A stretch of 39,494 nt of DNA from Octopus bimaculoides. Its lineage: Eukaryota. Positions 11,661 through 23,368 of this stretch are shown in pieces (the stretch's first letter is position 1; the number at the start of each line of letters is the position of its first letter). The DNA is taken from assembly GCF_001194135.2 (NCBI RefSeq), contig NC_068985.1, forward strand, positions 118,588,257-118,627,750, read 5' to 3'. The position numbers were made by a program, and so were the translations under genes. Under the pieces are notes generated by a model. The model saw only the letters and a program-made list of their open reading frames with translations, searched no databases and was not told where the DNA came from.

Positions 11661-12738
11661 ACTGCAGTCTATATAGTATTGGTTAAAGCAACTCTACGAC
11701 TTCTGTATCATTATTACAACATTAACTGAACATTGCATTGAATGTGATAAGTATAGTAATTTTAGTCAATTTTCCTCTTTTATACAATATACTTAACTAA
11801 AGAAAAAAAAGAAGAGAAATGATAGTTTCCTTTGCTGTTTCATTGAGAAGTTGTTAGTGTTAAGTGCATCTTCCATTTACATTGCATTATTACATCAGTA
11901 CGGTCACCTCTGTTACATACGCTGGTGGATGCTTTTGATATCCAGTCACCTTGTTAACTCATTTTGGATCAAATCTAATTCCTAGAATTTGAGGAGATTA
12001 ACAGTAGTATGCATTAGCGAGAATCAATTTGGTGTATAAAGCTGCAAGTGGCATTATGATGATAGCGTTGTGAAGAAAAGAAATGATGCAAGCTTTCAAG
12101 TTGGATCATTATTCGTTGTAGTGGGTTGTCATGGGTGCTCGACCAAAGCTCATCAACTTTACTTACATTGTACATCCAAAACTCATTTTGCTGTAGATGC
12201 TGTGTGGGTGATTGGTTAAGGAATTTTGGGTTCAGCTCCACAGTATGGCATCTTGGGCAGATGTCATTTTCTATTACTTCAGGTCAACTCATTCCCAGTG
12301 AGTGAAATTGGATAGATGGAAACTGTACAGAAGCCTGTCAGGTGGATTGCACTTGTATTTCAAATGGGCAACCCTGTCTTGCACTATTTCTTGCTCGTTT
12401 CTCCTGAGAATTATATTGAATATATATATATGACTTCCATCATTGTATGACAGATTTTTCTGAAAATTCTTCATCAGTTTAACTCCTGGATTATGTGTGA
12501 GGCACTTGACCACGTGCACAATGTGCCTGCCTGCACGTGAGGTGTCTGCTTACATGCGAGGTGTCTGCTTACTTGGTCTTTTGCTCTCACTGCTATACTG
12601 GCCTGTATTGTCCTGAGCTGAATAAAATTTGTTGAAAAAAACCACAATAATTATGCACCAATCCAATATATATATATATGTATATATATATAGGCCACCC
12701 CGTCTACATGTAAACAGTCTGTTAAAGTCTGTCATACC

Positions 12739-12782
12739 GGCCATGATGAAATACCACAAGGTATAGAAAATACGTATTCGCC
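12739..12782 (+). ncRNA. compact type I hammerhead ribozyme motif with a 1-nt core insertion
   Basis: ggc-C(a)UGAUGA-a-auacc acaa gguau-a-GAA-AAUACGUAUU-C-gcc. 5-bp stem II, perfect 10-nt palindromic stem III, UUC triplet, 3-bp stem I. Confidence 0.55.
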
Positions 12783-13115
12783 TTTATATATTTAATCCTT
12801 TATATTGAACACTCAATATTTCATCTATTCAATAAGACATATCCCATATATTCAATAAGACATTCAATACTTTATTTCATAGTACCATCCATTTTTATTT
12901 TATATTATATATTGTATATTATATTATATATTGTATATTATATTATATATTGTATATTCCATATTCTATATCCCACATTGGTTTTGCAGGAATATAAATA
13001 AAACATAAAAAAACAGACAGTGTTGGAACTCTTTTAAACAAAATAATATATTCCTCTATACACAATCATACAAAACCCCTTCTTTTGTATTTATTTTTAC
13101 TCGCGNNNNNNNNNN

Positions 13116-13148
<33 letters not shown>

Positions 13149-13277
13149 GTACATATGTATACATGAATTAAATCTGCTAAAATTATGAAGTAACTCCAAG
13201 CCCTAAGAATCAACTGTTGGACTTGTAATGCCTTTTCCTCTCTAATTCTTTGAGTCTCTTTAATGTAAGTCTGCTCT

Positions 13278-13318
<41 letters not shown>

Positions 13319-14223
13319 TACATATATACTTTATTCTTTTCATCTGAAAATTTTAAGCTTGCCTTCTCTTTTTACACATATACATATATATTTTGTACAT
13401 TTAGACCTAACGTCTTTATCTGTTTATTTGAATTTCTCTCTCTGTCATATATATATACACTGTGTTTGTGTATCTGTTAACACATCTTCACTAGTGATCT
13501 GTATTCCTACACATTATAGTTATATACATTTGGGTAACCTGGATAATTACCAGGGATGCTGTGCATCACTGGTAATGAGATATCAACTGATGACCCTTGC
13601 AACTGGTAGGTCAGCATCCTAATGGCCTTCAGTTGTGACTCTTGTGTTAAATTCGCTGAGAAACAAAGTAATGTTCTGAAGCAATGATATTCAGTTAAAA
13701 AGTACAGGACCTGTCAAATAAAAGCCTACTATTTAATCACTTCCCTTACTTGCTAAGAGGGGTTCACAACTAACTCAAGTGCGCCACTTAAAACAAGAAA
13801 AATGTATTTTAAGTTTCACTGTTGATGTCGATTTACTTCTAATAATTTAGTCCACGATGATAACAGAAACAGTTGGTATCTAATTTCAAGTTACTTATGA
13901 AGGATTAGAGTTGAGAAGACTTGTGTTACTGAGTACAGTTCCATTGACACAGTGTGCAGCAGTTTCACAGATGGGTGTTACCAGGAAATTTCTTGGTGCC
14001 AAACTATATGTTGCATAAAGACAAGTAGAGGTCACCTTACCACTTGGGTTGCCAAATAGAATTTTACTGAATTTGATCTTGGCACTTGAAGTGGATGATT
14101 TTCTCAAGAGGCACAGCACTGTCATCGTCTCTTGCAAACAGTGTTAAAATAAGATTCTCTCTCTATCTCTCACGCACACACACACACACACACACTATGA
14201 GTGTATGAGGTTAACTTGTTCAA

Positions 14224-14442
14224 CCCTTTAGCATTCAGATTACTCTATCAAATATAATGCTTATCTATTCGCATTCTTTTGAATTAATCGTACCTTAGCT
14301 CAGCTTTGAAATTTCAATGATGTGTTTGTATATTTTTTAGAATGACTCTGTAGGGTAGGTGTGAGATGTTGGATCTGGATGGCATGAACATGAAACAGGT
14401 AGAATATTTTGACTGGATATGACCTGTTTAAATACTAAAGGG
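14224..14442 (+). mobile_element. piggyBac-like MITE
   Basis: tcaa-CCCTTTAGCATT ... AATACTAAAGGG-TTAA. Confidence 0.8.
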
Positions 14443-14473
14443 TTAAATCTTGGTTCTGTGTGTGTAGTGAGTA

Positions 14474-14504
<31 letters not shown>

Positions 14505-14717
14505 GGAAGATCTGTTTTTGTGACTGGAATTCTTTCTCTAACTCTGACAAACCGGGTCACCTTCATACTTGGACTTGAATTTCTTTGTTATTGAACAACT
14601 CAGACAAATATAGGCATATCAATTATCATACAACATAAAATTCTTGAGTTATTAAAACTATCTCCACCTAGAGCATGACTCATAATTATCAAGTGACTAT
14701 TAAGACCAGCAGGGGCA

Positions 14718-15305
14718 GGCACATGGTTCAGTGGTTAGACTGTCAGGCTCACAATCATCAGGTTGTAAGTTCGATTCCCAGACTGGACTGTGTGTTGTGT
14801 TCTTGAGCAAAACACTTTATTTCATGTTCCTTTAGTTCACTCAGTTGCAGAAATGAGTTGTGATGTCATTGGTGCCAAGCTGTATCGGCCTTTGCCTTTC
14901 CCTTGGATAACATTGGTGGTGTGGAGAGAGGAGAGGCTGATATGCATGGGTGACTGCTGGTCTTCCATAAACAACCTTGCCTGGATTGTGCTCTGGAGGG
15001 TAANNNNNNNNNNNNNNNNNNNNNNNNNNNNNNNNNNNNNNNNNNNNNNNNNNNNNNNNNNNNNNNNNNNNNNNNNNNNNNNNNNNNNNNNNNNNNNNNN
15101 NNNNNNNNNTGATGTCATTGGTGCCAAGCTGTATCGGCCTTTGCCTTTCCCTTGGATAACATTGGTGGTGTGGAGAGAGGAGAGGCTGATATGCATGGGT
15201 GACTGCTGGTCTTCCATAAACAACCTTGCCTGGATTGTGCTCTGGAGGGTAACTTTCTAGGTGCAATCTCATGGTCATTGATGACCATAGGGGTTCTTTA
15301 CCCTT
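14718..15305 (+). mobile_element. tRNA/CORE-type SINE (length inflated by gap and false duplication)
   Basis: Same family as 15819-16095 and 37869-38205. Confidence 0.75.
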
Positions 15306-15818
15306 TATTAAGACTAGATCTACTTAAGAAGGGGAGATAATCTCAGGAATCAAGAATTTCTCCAAAACTGATATGCCATTAAGAAAAAAATATGTATAAC
15401 TATATGAAACTAAGTTACAGTCTTGACGGACACATATCTGTGTTACATTCCTTATTGAATTCAATGGTAACTCTCACCTTGTTAATAACTCTACTGTACA
15501 TGATTTCATAGCTTTCACAAGCTATTCGTCTACACCCACTTTTCTTTGCAGCTACAAGACTAAAACTTTGGTGTAGATCAGTGGGCCCATGTAAGATTTT
15601 TGGGGGCCCACTCAAGCAAAATAGTAAATTGGGGATCCACAGTCGTATTTAAAGAATCCATTATAAAAAAAAATTTGCTTTAAAAGCTTTTATTGCAAGA
15701 AACAGTTTGGTTTCTTTCTCTAACATTTTACATAGTTCAACCTACATGAGTTAATATGTGAAAAACCCTGTATGTGTGTATATGAACCATGATGTGTGTG
15801 TGTGTGTGTGTGTGTGAA

Positions 15819-16095
15819 GGCACATGGCTCAGTGGTGAGAGCATTGGGCTCACAATCATCAGGTAGTGAGTTCAATTCCTGGACCAGGCTGTGTGTTGTG
15901 TTCTTGAACAAGACACTTTATTTCACATTGCTCCAGTTCACTCAGCTGTAGAAATGTGTTGTGACATTACTGGTGCTAAGCCATATCAGCCTTTACCTTT
16001 CCCTTAGACACCATTGCCCGAACATGTATCTTGGAGGGTAACTTTCTAGGTATAATCCCATGATCATTCATGACCAAATGGGGTCTTTGCCCTTT
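15819..16095 (+). mobile_element. tRNA/CORE-type SINE
   Basis: ggcacatggctcagtggtgagagc..agttcaattcc head, CORE-like middle, ..gggtctttgccctt end. Confidence 0.75.
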
Positions 16096-16692
16096 ATATA
16101 TATCATCATCATCACCGTTTAACGTCCGCTTTCCATGCTAGCATGGNNNNNNNNNNNNNNNNNNNNNNNNNNNNNNNNNNNNNNNNNNNNNNNNNNNNNN
16201 NNNNNNNNNNNNNNNNNNNNNNNNNNNNNNNNNNNNNNNNNNNNNNNNNNNNNNNNNNNNNNNNNNNNNNNNNNNNNNNNNNNNNNNNNNNNNNNNNNNN
16301 NNNNNNNNNNNNNNNNNNNNNNNNNNNNNNNNNNNNNNNNNNNNNNNNNNNNNNNNNNNNNNNNNNNNNNNNNNNNNNNNNNNNNNNNNNNNNNNNNNNN
16401 NNNNNNNNNNNNNNNNNNNNNNNNNNNNNNNNNNNNNNNNNNNNNNNNNNNNNNNNNNNNNNNNNNNNNNNNNNNNNNNNNNNNNNNNNNNNNNNNNNNN
16501 NNNNNNNNNNNNNNNNNNNNNNNNNNNNNNNNNNNNNNNNNNNNNNNNNNNNNNNNNNNNNNNNNNNNNNNNNNNNNNNNNNNNNNNNNNNNNNNNNNNN
16601 NNNNNNNNNNNNNNNNNTATGGGTACCGTCTTCGTTAGAGGGTATCCAGAGGCAGGTAATTTATTGTTTAAACCATAGTTTATAATTATATA

Positions 16693-16737
<45 letters not shown>

Positions 16738-17147
16738 TGTACTTTTATGTATTATACACAAAACAAACAAACAAACAATAACTATCTCTTCATTGTGTAA
16801 GTTGTTGTAAATGATAGCATGTTTACTCAGCAGTTAGAACAATGTATGGTTCAATTCTTGGCAGTGGCCCTCCTTGATACTTTCTTAATCTCACATTGAC
16901 AAATGTTCAAATAATATCATACAGGCATCGGCAAGTGCAGAAATGAGTGTGAAACAATAACACATGCTCACTTAGATGTGCATTCCAGCACACATGCACA
17001 GTCAAACATGCAGACTTTCCTACAAGTTTGCCCACTCCACATGCATGCTTGCTTACATGTGAAACCATCACTTATGTGTTGTTTACTTGGGTGCTTGCTC
17101 ACTGCTGTGTATACATGATTACTTGTGGTCACACGCACTCTCTCTTG

Positions 17148-17188
<41 letters not shown>

Positions 17189-17489
17189 TTCCATTTATGC
17201 AATCACTTTCGCTTACAGGTACATGAAATTCACTTACATGTGCATGCTCACTACTCTTACCACCACCACCACCACCACCACTTCTACTAGAAGTGGTTTC
17301 TATTTTGTCATTTGCATATTACTGAAGCAGTTTTTTTGTTGTTGTTTTTTTTAAGCTGGCTGCCATCATTTATTATCAACCACTCAACCATGAAGTGGAT
17401 GTGAAACTTATCAACCACACACACAGACCTGAAGCAAGCAGCAGAGTTGTGTGTTTTCTCAAAATAGAGCATAATTATGCAATAGTTAA

Positions 17490-17546
<57 letters not shown>

Positions 17547-18383
17547 CCACTCCCCCCAATTAACATACCCAACCATTGATCTCCCATAAAAAATAAATAA
17601 ATAAAAAAGTTATATACCTCTGATTTTATTGATTACTTCATCTGCCTGCTCAGGTATTTCAAATTAATGAAGTTAGAAAGTCCAAATTGTTTTATTAATG
17701 ATTACTATACCTTTATTTATTTATTTTTTTCTTTGTTATTGAAAATTTTGTCCTTTTATCAGTTTATTTGGATATACATGCTGGCTTAGTTATGGGCAAT
17801 ACATAAAAACAAAAACCAGTTATGTGAAAGCCGCAAAGCAATAGAAATACTTTCACACAATTGTTTACATAGCAACACAAGCGATTTCTGTTAGTGATAC
17901 AATAGTCAGTGTAAAAAACCTATTCAATTTCTGACCACACATAAACAGCCCAGCCATCACTCACAAATGAGCATGAGTTTTTTTTTTTAATGTGTTCTAT
18001 GCTTTTACTTATTGTTTTAGGTGCCTATGTAATTCACTAGCAGACTTAGATAGCCTTCCAGCCCTCCTATACTTGATCCAGCATTACAACCAAGGTGTAA
18101 GAGATGGTTTGCTTGCAGTTGTTTTTGTCTCCCTGTTTTGGCATCCTTGATGCAGTGCTGACTTTATTTAACATTAAATGGTTTTGCTCATTCTCTCCCC
18201 ATCCTCGCATTCTCTCTCTCTCTCTTTCTCTCTCCATCTGATTTTTCTCTCTCTGTTTATATGTATGAGGAGAGGGAAAGTGTTAATGTCACTCATGTTC
18301 AGTTAATGAATTGTAATGTCTGTCTGCCTGTCTCTCTCTCTCTCACACATCTGTATATGTTTATTTTTGTTTGTTTGCTTGCA

Positions 18384-18387
<4 letters not shown>

Positions 18388-18477
<90 letters not shown>
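18388..18477. repeat. pure (TG)n microsatellite, about 90 bp
   Basis: Direct reading. Many shorter (TA)n, (CA)n, (GA)n and (AAT)n runs occur throughout the window. Confidence 0.97.
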
Positions 18478-18478
<1 letters not shown>

Positions 18479-19367
18479 CTCTGGTGCCAAAAAGTACTGT
18501 CACCAAAACAAGTTCAATGTTCAGTCAGCCACACCAAAACACCAGCATCCGAAAAGCTGCATCCTGTTGTCACATTCCAACATCCAAGATGTGGGAATGG
18601 GAGTGGGGAGAGGACTGTGCCAGCATTGTGCTGGTGCTCACTTTCAGCTGAGTAGAGTGGGGTAAAATGAAATAAAAAATGCTTTGCTCAAAGTGACTGA
18701 TCTAGAAATTGAACAGATGACCATATTGATTGTAAGTGCAATACGCTAAACCACTTGGCCATGTACTTTTTACACTGACCACACCTATAGAAAGAAAGAA
18801 TATCTCCCTACTCTCTTTTAACTTTTTCATTAATTATTACTGGGTTAAATATCTCATTTGATTATATAATGGAATATTTGGAGATGGAAACATAATGAAT
18901 AGTTATACAAATCTTGTTCAGTGCCAATACATTTATATTCCCATACTTTCGTTGTTGTCTTCATCATCAACATTTAATCCCCATTTTCCATGCTGGCATA
19001 AGTTGGACCTTATTATATACTTAAAAAAAAAAAAAAAAATTAAAAGTTCTCTACTTGCCCAAATCTGTGCATCTGCAAAGTTTAGTAGAAGAGGTCAGTA
19101 TTGTTGTTGTTGTTGTTTATTTCCAAGTCTCGCAGAAAGGCATTCCGCTCATGGCCATCCTGTCTTTTTCTTCAAACATTATATATCTAGGATTGCATTC
19201 TCTATTGTGTGTGTAATTGGTTGTTGTTTCTAGCAAGGAAAGTGGCTGCATTGACTCTAGTGTAACTGATTTATTTACAGTCCTTCATATATTTTGTTTG
19301 TATCTTAGTTAGGGACTGATAGTATCGTTGCTTACAGATATTCACCAGATCAACACGCACGTGCGCG

Positions 19368-19402
<35 letters not shown>

Positions 19403-19509
19403 CACTTTAATTATGGATAATTTTTTCAACTGGTTATTGTTATCAAAACTAGCATGTTCTAAACTTAATATTATCAGTTGTGTAAAGCAAAGAGCTAGCA
19501 GAATTCTTT

Positions 19510-19885
19510 TCTTCTCTAGGCACAAGGCCCGAAAATTTTGGGGAAGGGACCAGCCGATTAGATTGAGCCCAGTACCAGTATGCAACTGGTGCTTAATTTA
19601 TCGACCCTGAAAAGATGAAAGGCAAAGTCGACCTCGATGGAATTTGAACTCAGAACGTAAAGACAGACAAAATACTGCCAAGTATTTCGCCCAGTGTGCT
19701 AACGTTTGAAAGAGCTGGCAGAGTTGTTAGCAATCTGGATGAAGCACATAACTGCTGAGATAGGCTTTGCCTTTCATCCTTTTGGGGTCGATAAAATAGG
19801 TACCAGTTGAGTACTGGGGCTGATGTAATCAACTTACCCCTCCCCCAAAATTGCTGGCCTGGTGCCAAAATTTGAAACTAATATT
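19510..19885. mobile_element. two family D SINEs head-to-head (19510-19712 minus, about 19709-19885 plus)
   Basis: gcctttcatccttttggggtcgataaaataggtaccag on plus and its reverse complement on the left arm. Confidence 0.7.
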
Positions 19886-19924
19886 TCTGATAAATGTTGA
19901 AAAGTTATTAAATACTTTTGCATG

Positions 19925-19989
<65 letters not shown>

Positions 19990-20323
19990 GCTCTAATACA
20001 GTCTATCTTCTGAATTTGTTTACTAAATATTGGTTGGTCCAGCACAATATTAGAAGAGGTACCATGCAGTGGAACTGAACTTGCAACACATAGCCATGCT
20101 TGTGCTGTGATATAAATATATACCAAATGTGTAAGTGAACTGCTGCACAGCAAAAGCATCAGAAGTGGAGATACATCAAGTCAGAGAACGTTGAAGAATG
20201 TTTTGGTATGGTCTGACAAACCTGCTTGGAAACAAAATGTACATTGAAGTTATAATGATGAGGTTGCTAGTGGTGAAGATAATGGTGACAATGATAATGA
20301 TAATGATTTCAATTCGTTTGTAG

Positions 20324-20422
20324 GTAAAATCACAGATAGAAGATCAAGTAAGGAAAATGATTATTTCTTATCGAAAAGATGAAGATTTACAAAATCTAAT
20401 TGACTGGGTCCAGAGAGGCTGG
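20324..20422 (+). CDS. TSPAN5: TspanC8 tetraspanin, coding exon (start of large extracellular loop): VKSQIEDQVRKMIISYRKDEDLQNLIDWVQRGW
   Basis: Acceptor ttcgtttgtAG at 20322-23, donor GTaagt at 20423; 99 nt, phase 0/0, open. YRxDxDLQNLID is the TspanC8 LEL motif. The symbol marks the subfamily (TSPAN5/17/33-like); one-to-one orthology is not established. Confidence 0.93.
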
Positions 20423-20820
20423 GTAAGTATTCTAGATCCTTTGTTCAAGATATCTCTTTGTTTTCATGAATAAACTAGTAGAAACATTCCTGAAGGATTA
20501 ACGTGATATGTATAGTATTGATACAGTGCATGAAAAGTGATTCTCCAGTTTAAATTTTCTGTCCATAGAATATGCTTAGTTACTTTTTTAAACTCTGAAA
20601 ATGTGGATTCATATCTTCAATTATGGTAAAATAATACATTCGTATGATGCCAATTAAGAAATGAGTAAAGGTAGGATCCAAGGATCAAGTCATAGGAAGT
20701 TAGTAAGCTTTGAGCAGTCCACAGAAGGTATAAAAAACAACTTTCAGGAACAATAGTGGTTTATTGACATAAAAGGTTGTAAATTTTTCCCATATCAGAG
20801 TTCGATAAGCTGAATAAAGT

Positions 20821-21088
20821 TATGTCCCGGAGAGGCGCAACACAAGAACACTCGCAGCATACATATGGCGCCTAAAGGACGATCATACACCCTTGAACAT
20901 CAGGTGGAAATTACTGGAAACTTGTGGACCCTATCACAATGGAACTAGACTGTAAATTGTGTATGGCAGAAAGATATATTATCCTCATGAACTCACATGA
21001 GCCAGGAGGCTACCTAAACTCCAGGATGGAAGCCGTGGGGAGTTGCCCACATTTTCACAAATTATTACTTCAAAATTGGAAGACCTAG
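20821..21088 (+). mobile_element. Penelope-like element, C-terminal GIY-YIG endonuclease remnant (frameshifted)
   Basis: YVPERRNTRTLAAYIWRLKDDHTPLNIRWKLLETCGPYHNGTR, frameshift at about 20950, then CKLCMAERYIILMNS...YLNSRMEAVGSCPHFHKLLLQNWKT*. Matches the remembered PLE pattern TxLSxYIWxLK..YxIxWxIL..CxLC..E..LNxRxE..xxCxH. Confidence 0.8.
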
Positions 21089-21204
21089 CTTTCAAGCAAA
21101 GGAAGACAACTTGCCCAGACATAATTTTTTAAGAGGAATATTTCTTGAACTATCACCGACGTTCTTGTGTTTAAAAAAACATACTTTGCAGAGAACGGTT
21201 AACA

Positions 21205-21269
21205 TTTAGAGAGACTGAAGAAATGTCTAGTTCACGCTAGATATGAAACCAATGGGATTTTTTTCTAAA
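21205..21269 (+). ncRNA. degenerate type I hammerhead ribozyme in a Penelope-like 3' region
   Basis: uuuagagaga-CUGAAGA(21215-21)-a-augucuag uucacg cuagauau-GAAA(21245-48)-ccaaugg-G-A-uu-uuuuucuaaa. 8-bp stem II and 10-bp stem I potential; U16.1 replaced by G. Confidence 0.55.
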
Positions 21270-21599
21270 CTATTACGTTACACATACAAAAATATATATG
21301 TATATGTTTGTGTGTCTGTGTTTGTCTCCTTATCATTGCTTGACAACCGATGGTGTGTTTAAGTCCCTGTAACTTAGTGGTTCGACAAAAGAGACTGAAA
21401 CAATAAGTACTAGGCTTACAAAGAATAAGTCTTGGGGTAGATTTGTTCAACTAAAGGTGGTGCTCCAGCATGGCCGCAGTCAAATGACTGAAACAAGTAA
21501 AAGAATATATAACTACCTCCCCAAATACTCTGCCTAACACTTAATCATGTCGGCTTTTTTCCTGTTCTTTTTTCTGTCTTATAAGTTACTTGGCAACCT

Positions 21600-21915
21600 C
21601 ACTGGTGCCTGTGATGCAAGAAAAAAAAAAAGCACTCCGTACACTCTGTAAAGCAGTTGGTGTTAGGAAGGGCCTATAAAGCCGAGCAAAATCGCAGTTA
21701 TGGCAGATACTAGTGTTACACAAATGGCGCCTGTGCTGGTGACACGTAAAATCACCCATTACGCTGTTGGAGTGGTTGACGTTAGGAAGGTCGTCCAGCC
21801 ATAGAAAACCATGCCAAATCAGACTGTAGCCTGGCACAGGCTTCAGCGTGCCTGCCCAGTCAAGCTGTCCAACCCATGCCAGAATGGAACAACGGACATT
21901 AAATGATGATGATAC
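21600..21915 (+). mobile_element. RTE 3' UTR copy (diverged)
   Basis: gttaggaaggtcgtccagcc...gtccaacccatgccag...ggacattaaatgatgatgat. Confidence 0.65.
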
Positions 21916-22461
21916 ACATTTTCCATTTACCAAACTTCATTCAAAAAAGTATTAGTTAGCTTGAGGCTATGATAGATTGATGGTCTTGGGCTGACCAGTG
22001 TGCCATGCAGTAAGATTCGGACTTGGAGCCACATGGTTACAGAATGAACTCCTTAACCACATAGCCATGTCTGCTCCTTTACTTAAAAGCTCTTGCATCC
22101 ACATTAAAAACAATAAACAAGTTAGTGCTAGCCTATTTTTAATGCAAAAGTGAGCATTAAAAACTCAATTAGAAATAATTAAGCAGTGATGAAAAGACGA
22201 TATTAGTCAGTGACTTTTTATTTGTAGTTAATAGTATTTTAATTATTCTGGCCAGTATGAAGAGCATGTAATTTCTCTGTGATTTATTCTATAAAATGTT
22301 AATTTTCACACCTACTCATACACAGCATTGTTACTTCCTTATCCTTGCAGAGTAATGTATTGACTTTGTATACTTTTGTTCTGTTGTTTATAACCACTAA
22401 TTTGCCTATCTGAATCACCATTGCCATGCAGACCATCACTGACTATTGTATATACTAAATT

Positions 22462-22690
22462 ATAATAATAATAACAACCCTTTCTACTATAGGCACAAGG
22501 CCTGAAATTTGGGGTAAGGACTAGTTGGTTACATTGACCCCAACACTTGACTGGTACTTATTTCGTTGACCCCAAAAGGATGAAAGGCAAAGCTGATCTC
22601 AGCAGAATTTGACCTCAGCATGTAGCGATGGGTGAAATACCATTAAGCATTTCATCCAGCATGCTAACGATTCTGGCAGCTCACCGGCTT
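22462..22690 (-). mobile_element. family D SINE
   Basis: Reverse-complement copy. Further copies at about 22735-23518 (split by an RTE), 23750-23960 and 35655-35830. Confidence 0.7.
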
Positions 22691-22827
22691 AATAATAATA
22701 ATAATAATAATAAATAATAATAATAATAACGATAATGATTTCAAATTTTTTCCACAAAGGCAACAATTTGGGGAGGGGGGGGCAATCGATTACATTGGCA
22801 CCAGTGATATATATATATCATCATCAA

Positions 22828-23368
22828 CATCGTCGTCGTTTAACGTTCGCTTTGCATGCTAGCATGGGTTGGACGATTTGACTGAAGACTGTTGGACCAG
22901 GAGGCGATACCAGGCTCCAATCTGATTTGGCGGAGTTTCTACAGCTGGATGCCCTTCCTAACGCCAACTACTCCGAGAGTGTAGTGGGTGCTTTTACGTG
23001 CCACCAGCACGAGGGCCAGTCAGGCGGTACTAGCAACAGCCACGCTCGAAATGGTGTATCTTACGTGCCACCTGCACAGGAGCCAGTCCAGCGATATTGG
23101 CAACGATCTCGCTCGAATGTCTTACTGGCAACAGCCACGCTCGAAATGGTGTATTTTATGTGTCACCTGCACAGGAGCCAGTCCATCGGCACTGGCAACG
23201 ATCTCGCTCGAATGTCTTTTCACATGCCAGGAAGGCGACGTTAGTAACTGTCATGCTGGTGCTATTTATGTGCCACCAGAACGGAAGCCAGACAGCTAGT
23301 CTGGCAACGATTGCGATCGGACGGTGCTGTTAGTGCTCCACTGGTACAGGTGCCATCACGATTTCACT
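22828..23368 (-). mobile_element. RTE LINE 3' UTR copy with (GAT)n tail and internal 95-bp duplication
   Basis: Tail catcatc..gtttaacgttcgctttgcatgctagcatgggttggacg; 23290-23360 overlaps the sequence at 25951-26030 that adjoins the RTE ORF2 fragment. Confidence 0.8.

Noticed and set aside
12100-12140. LFVVVGC as a possible tetraspanin TM2 exon
   Set aside because: Not followed by GFAGCxGALREN-type sequence and no suitable splice sites.
12447-12483. CUGAUGA-agaauuuuca-GAAA on the minus strand
   Set aside because: Stem III does not pair beyond A-U and stem I has no complement; treated as chance.
13581-13685. CUGAUGA at about 13587 with a distant GAAA..GUA
   Set aside because: No stem I complement and the stem II arms do not close at GAAA.
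16618-16661. Exon-like end CAG|GTAATT emerging from a gap
   Set aside because: The phase-0 frame (WVPSSLEGIQRQ) does not resemble tetraspanin TM3; too short to assign.
18021-18094. Strong acceptor followed by a possible GT donor
   Set aside because: The one open frame has no tetraspanin or other recognisable similarity, and the phase does not fit.
19354-19402. Alternating purine-pyrimidine run with (GC)n, potential Z-DNA
   Set aside because: Explained as a variant (CA)n microsatellite; no evidence of function.
3035-19990. Many listed ORFs rich in CV, HT, YI or LS repeats, or in X
   Set aside because: They are translations of (TG)n, (CA)n, (TA)n, (CT)n microsatellites or N gaps.
23033-23310. 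CRISPR-like repeat array
   Set aside because: Eukaryotic context; the units are tandem duplications in an RTE 3' UTR with no unique spacers.
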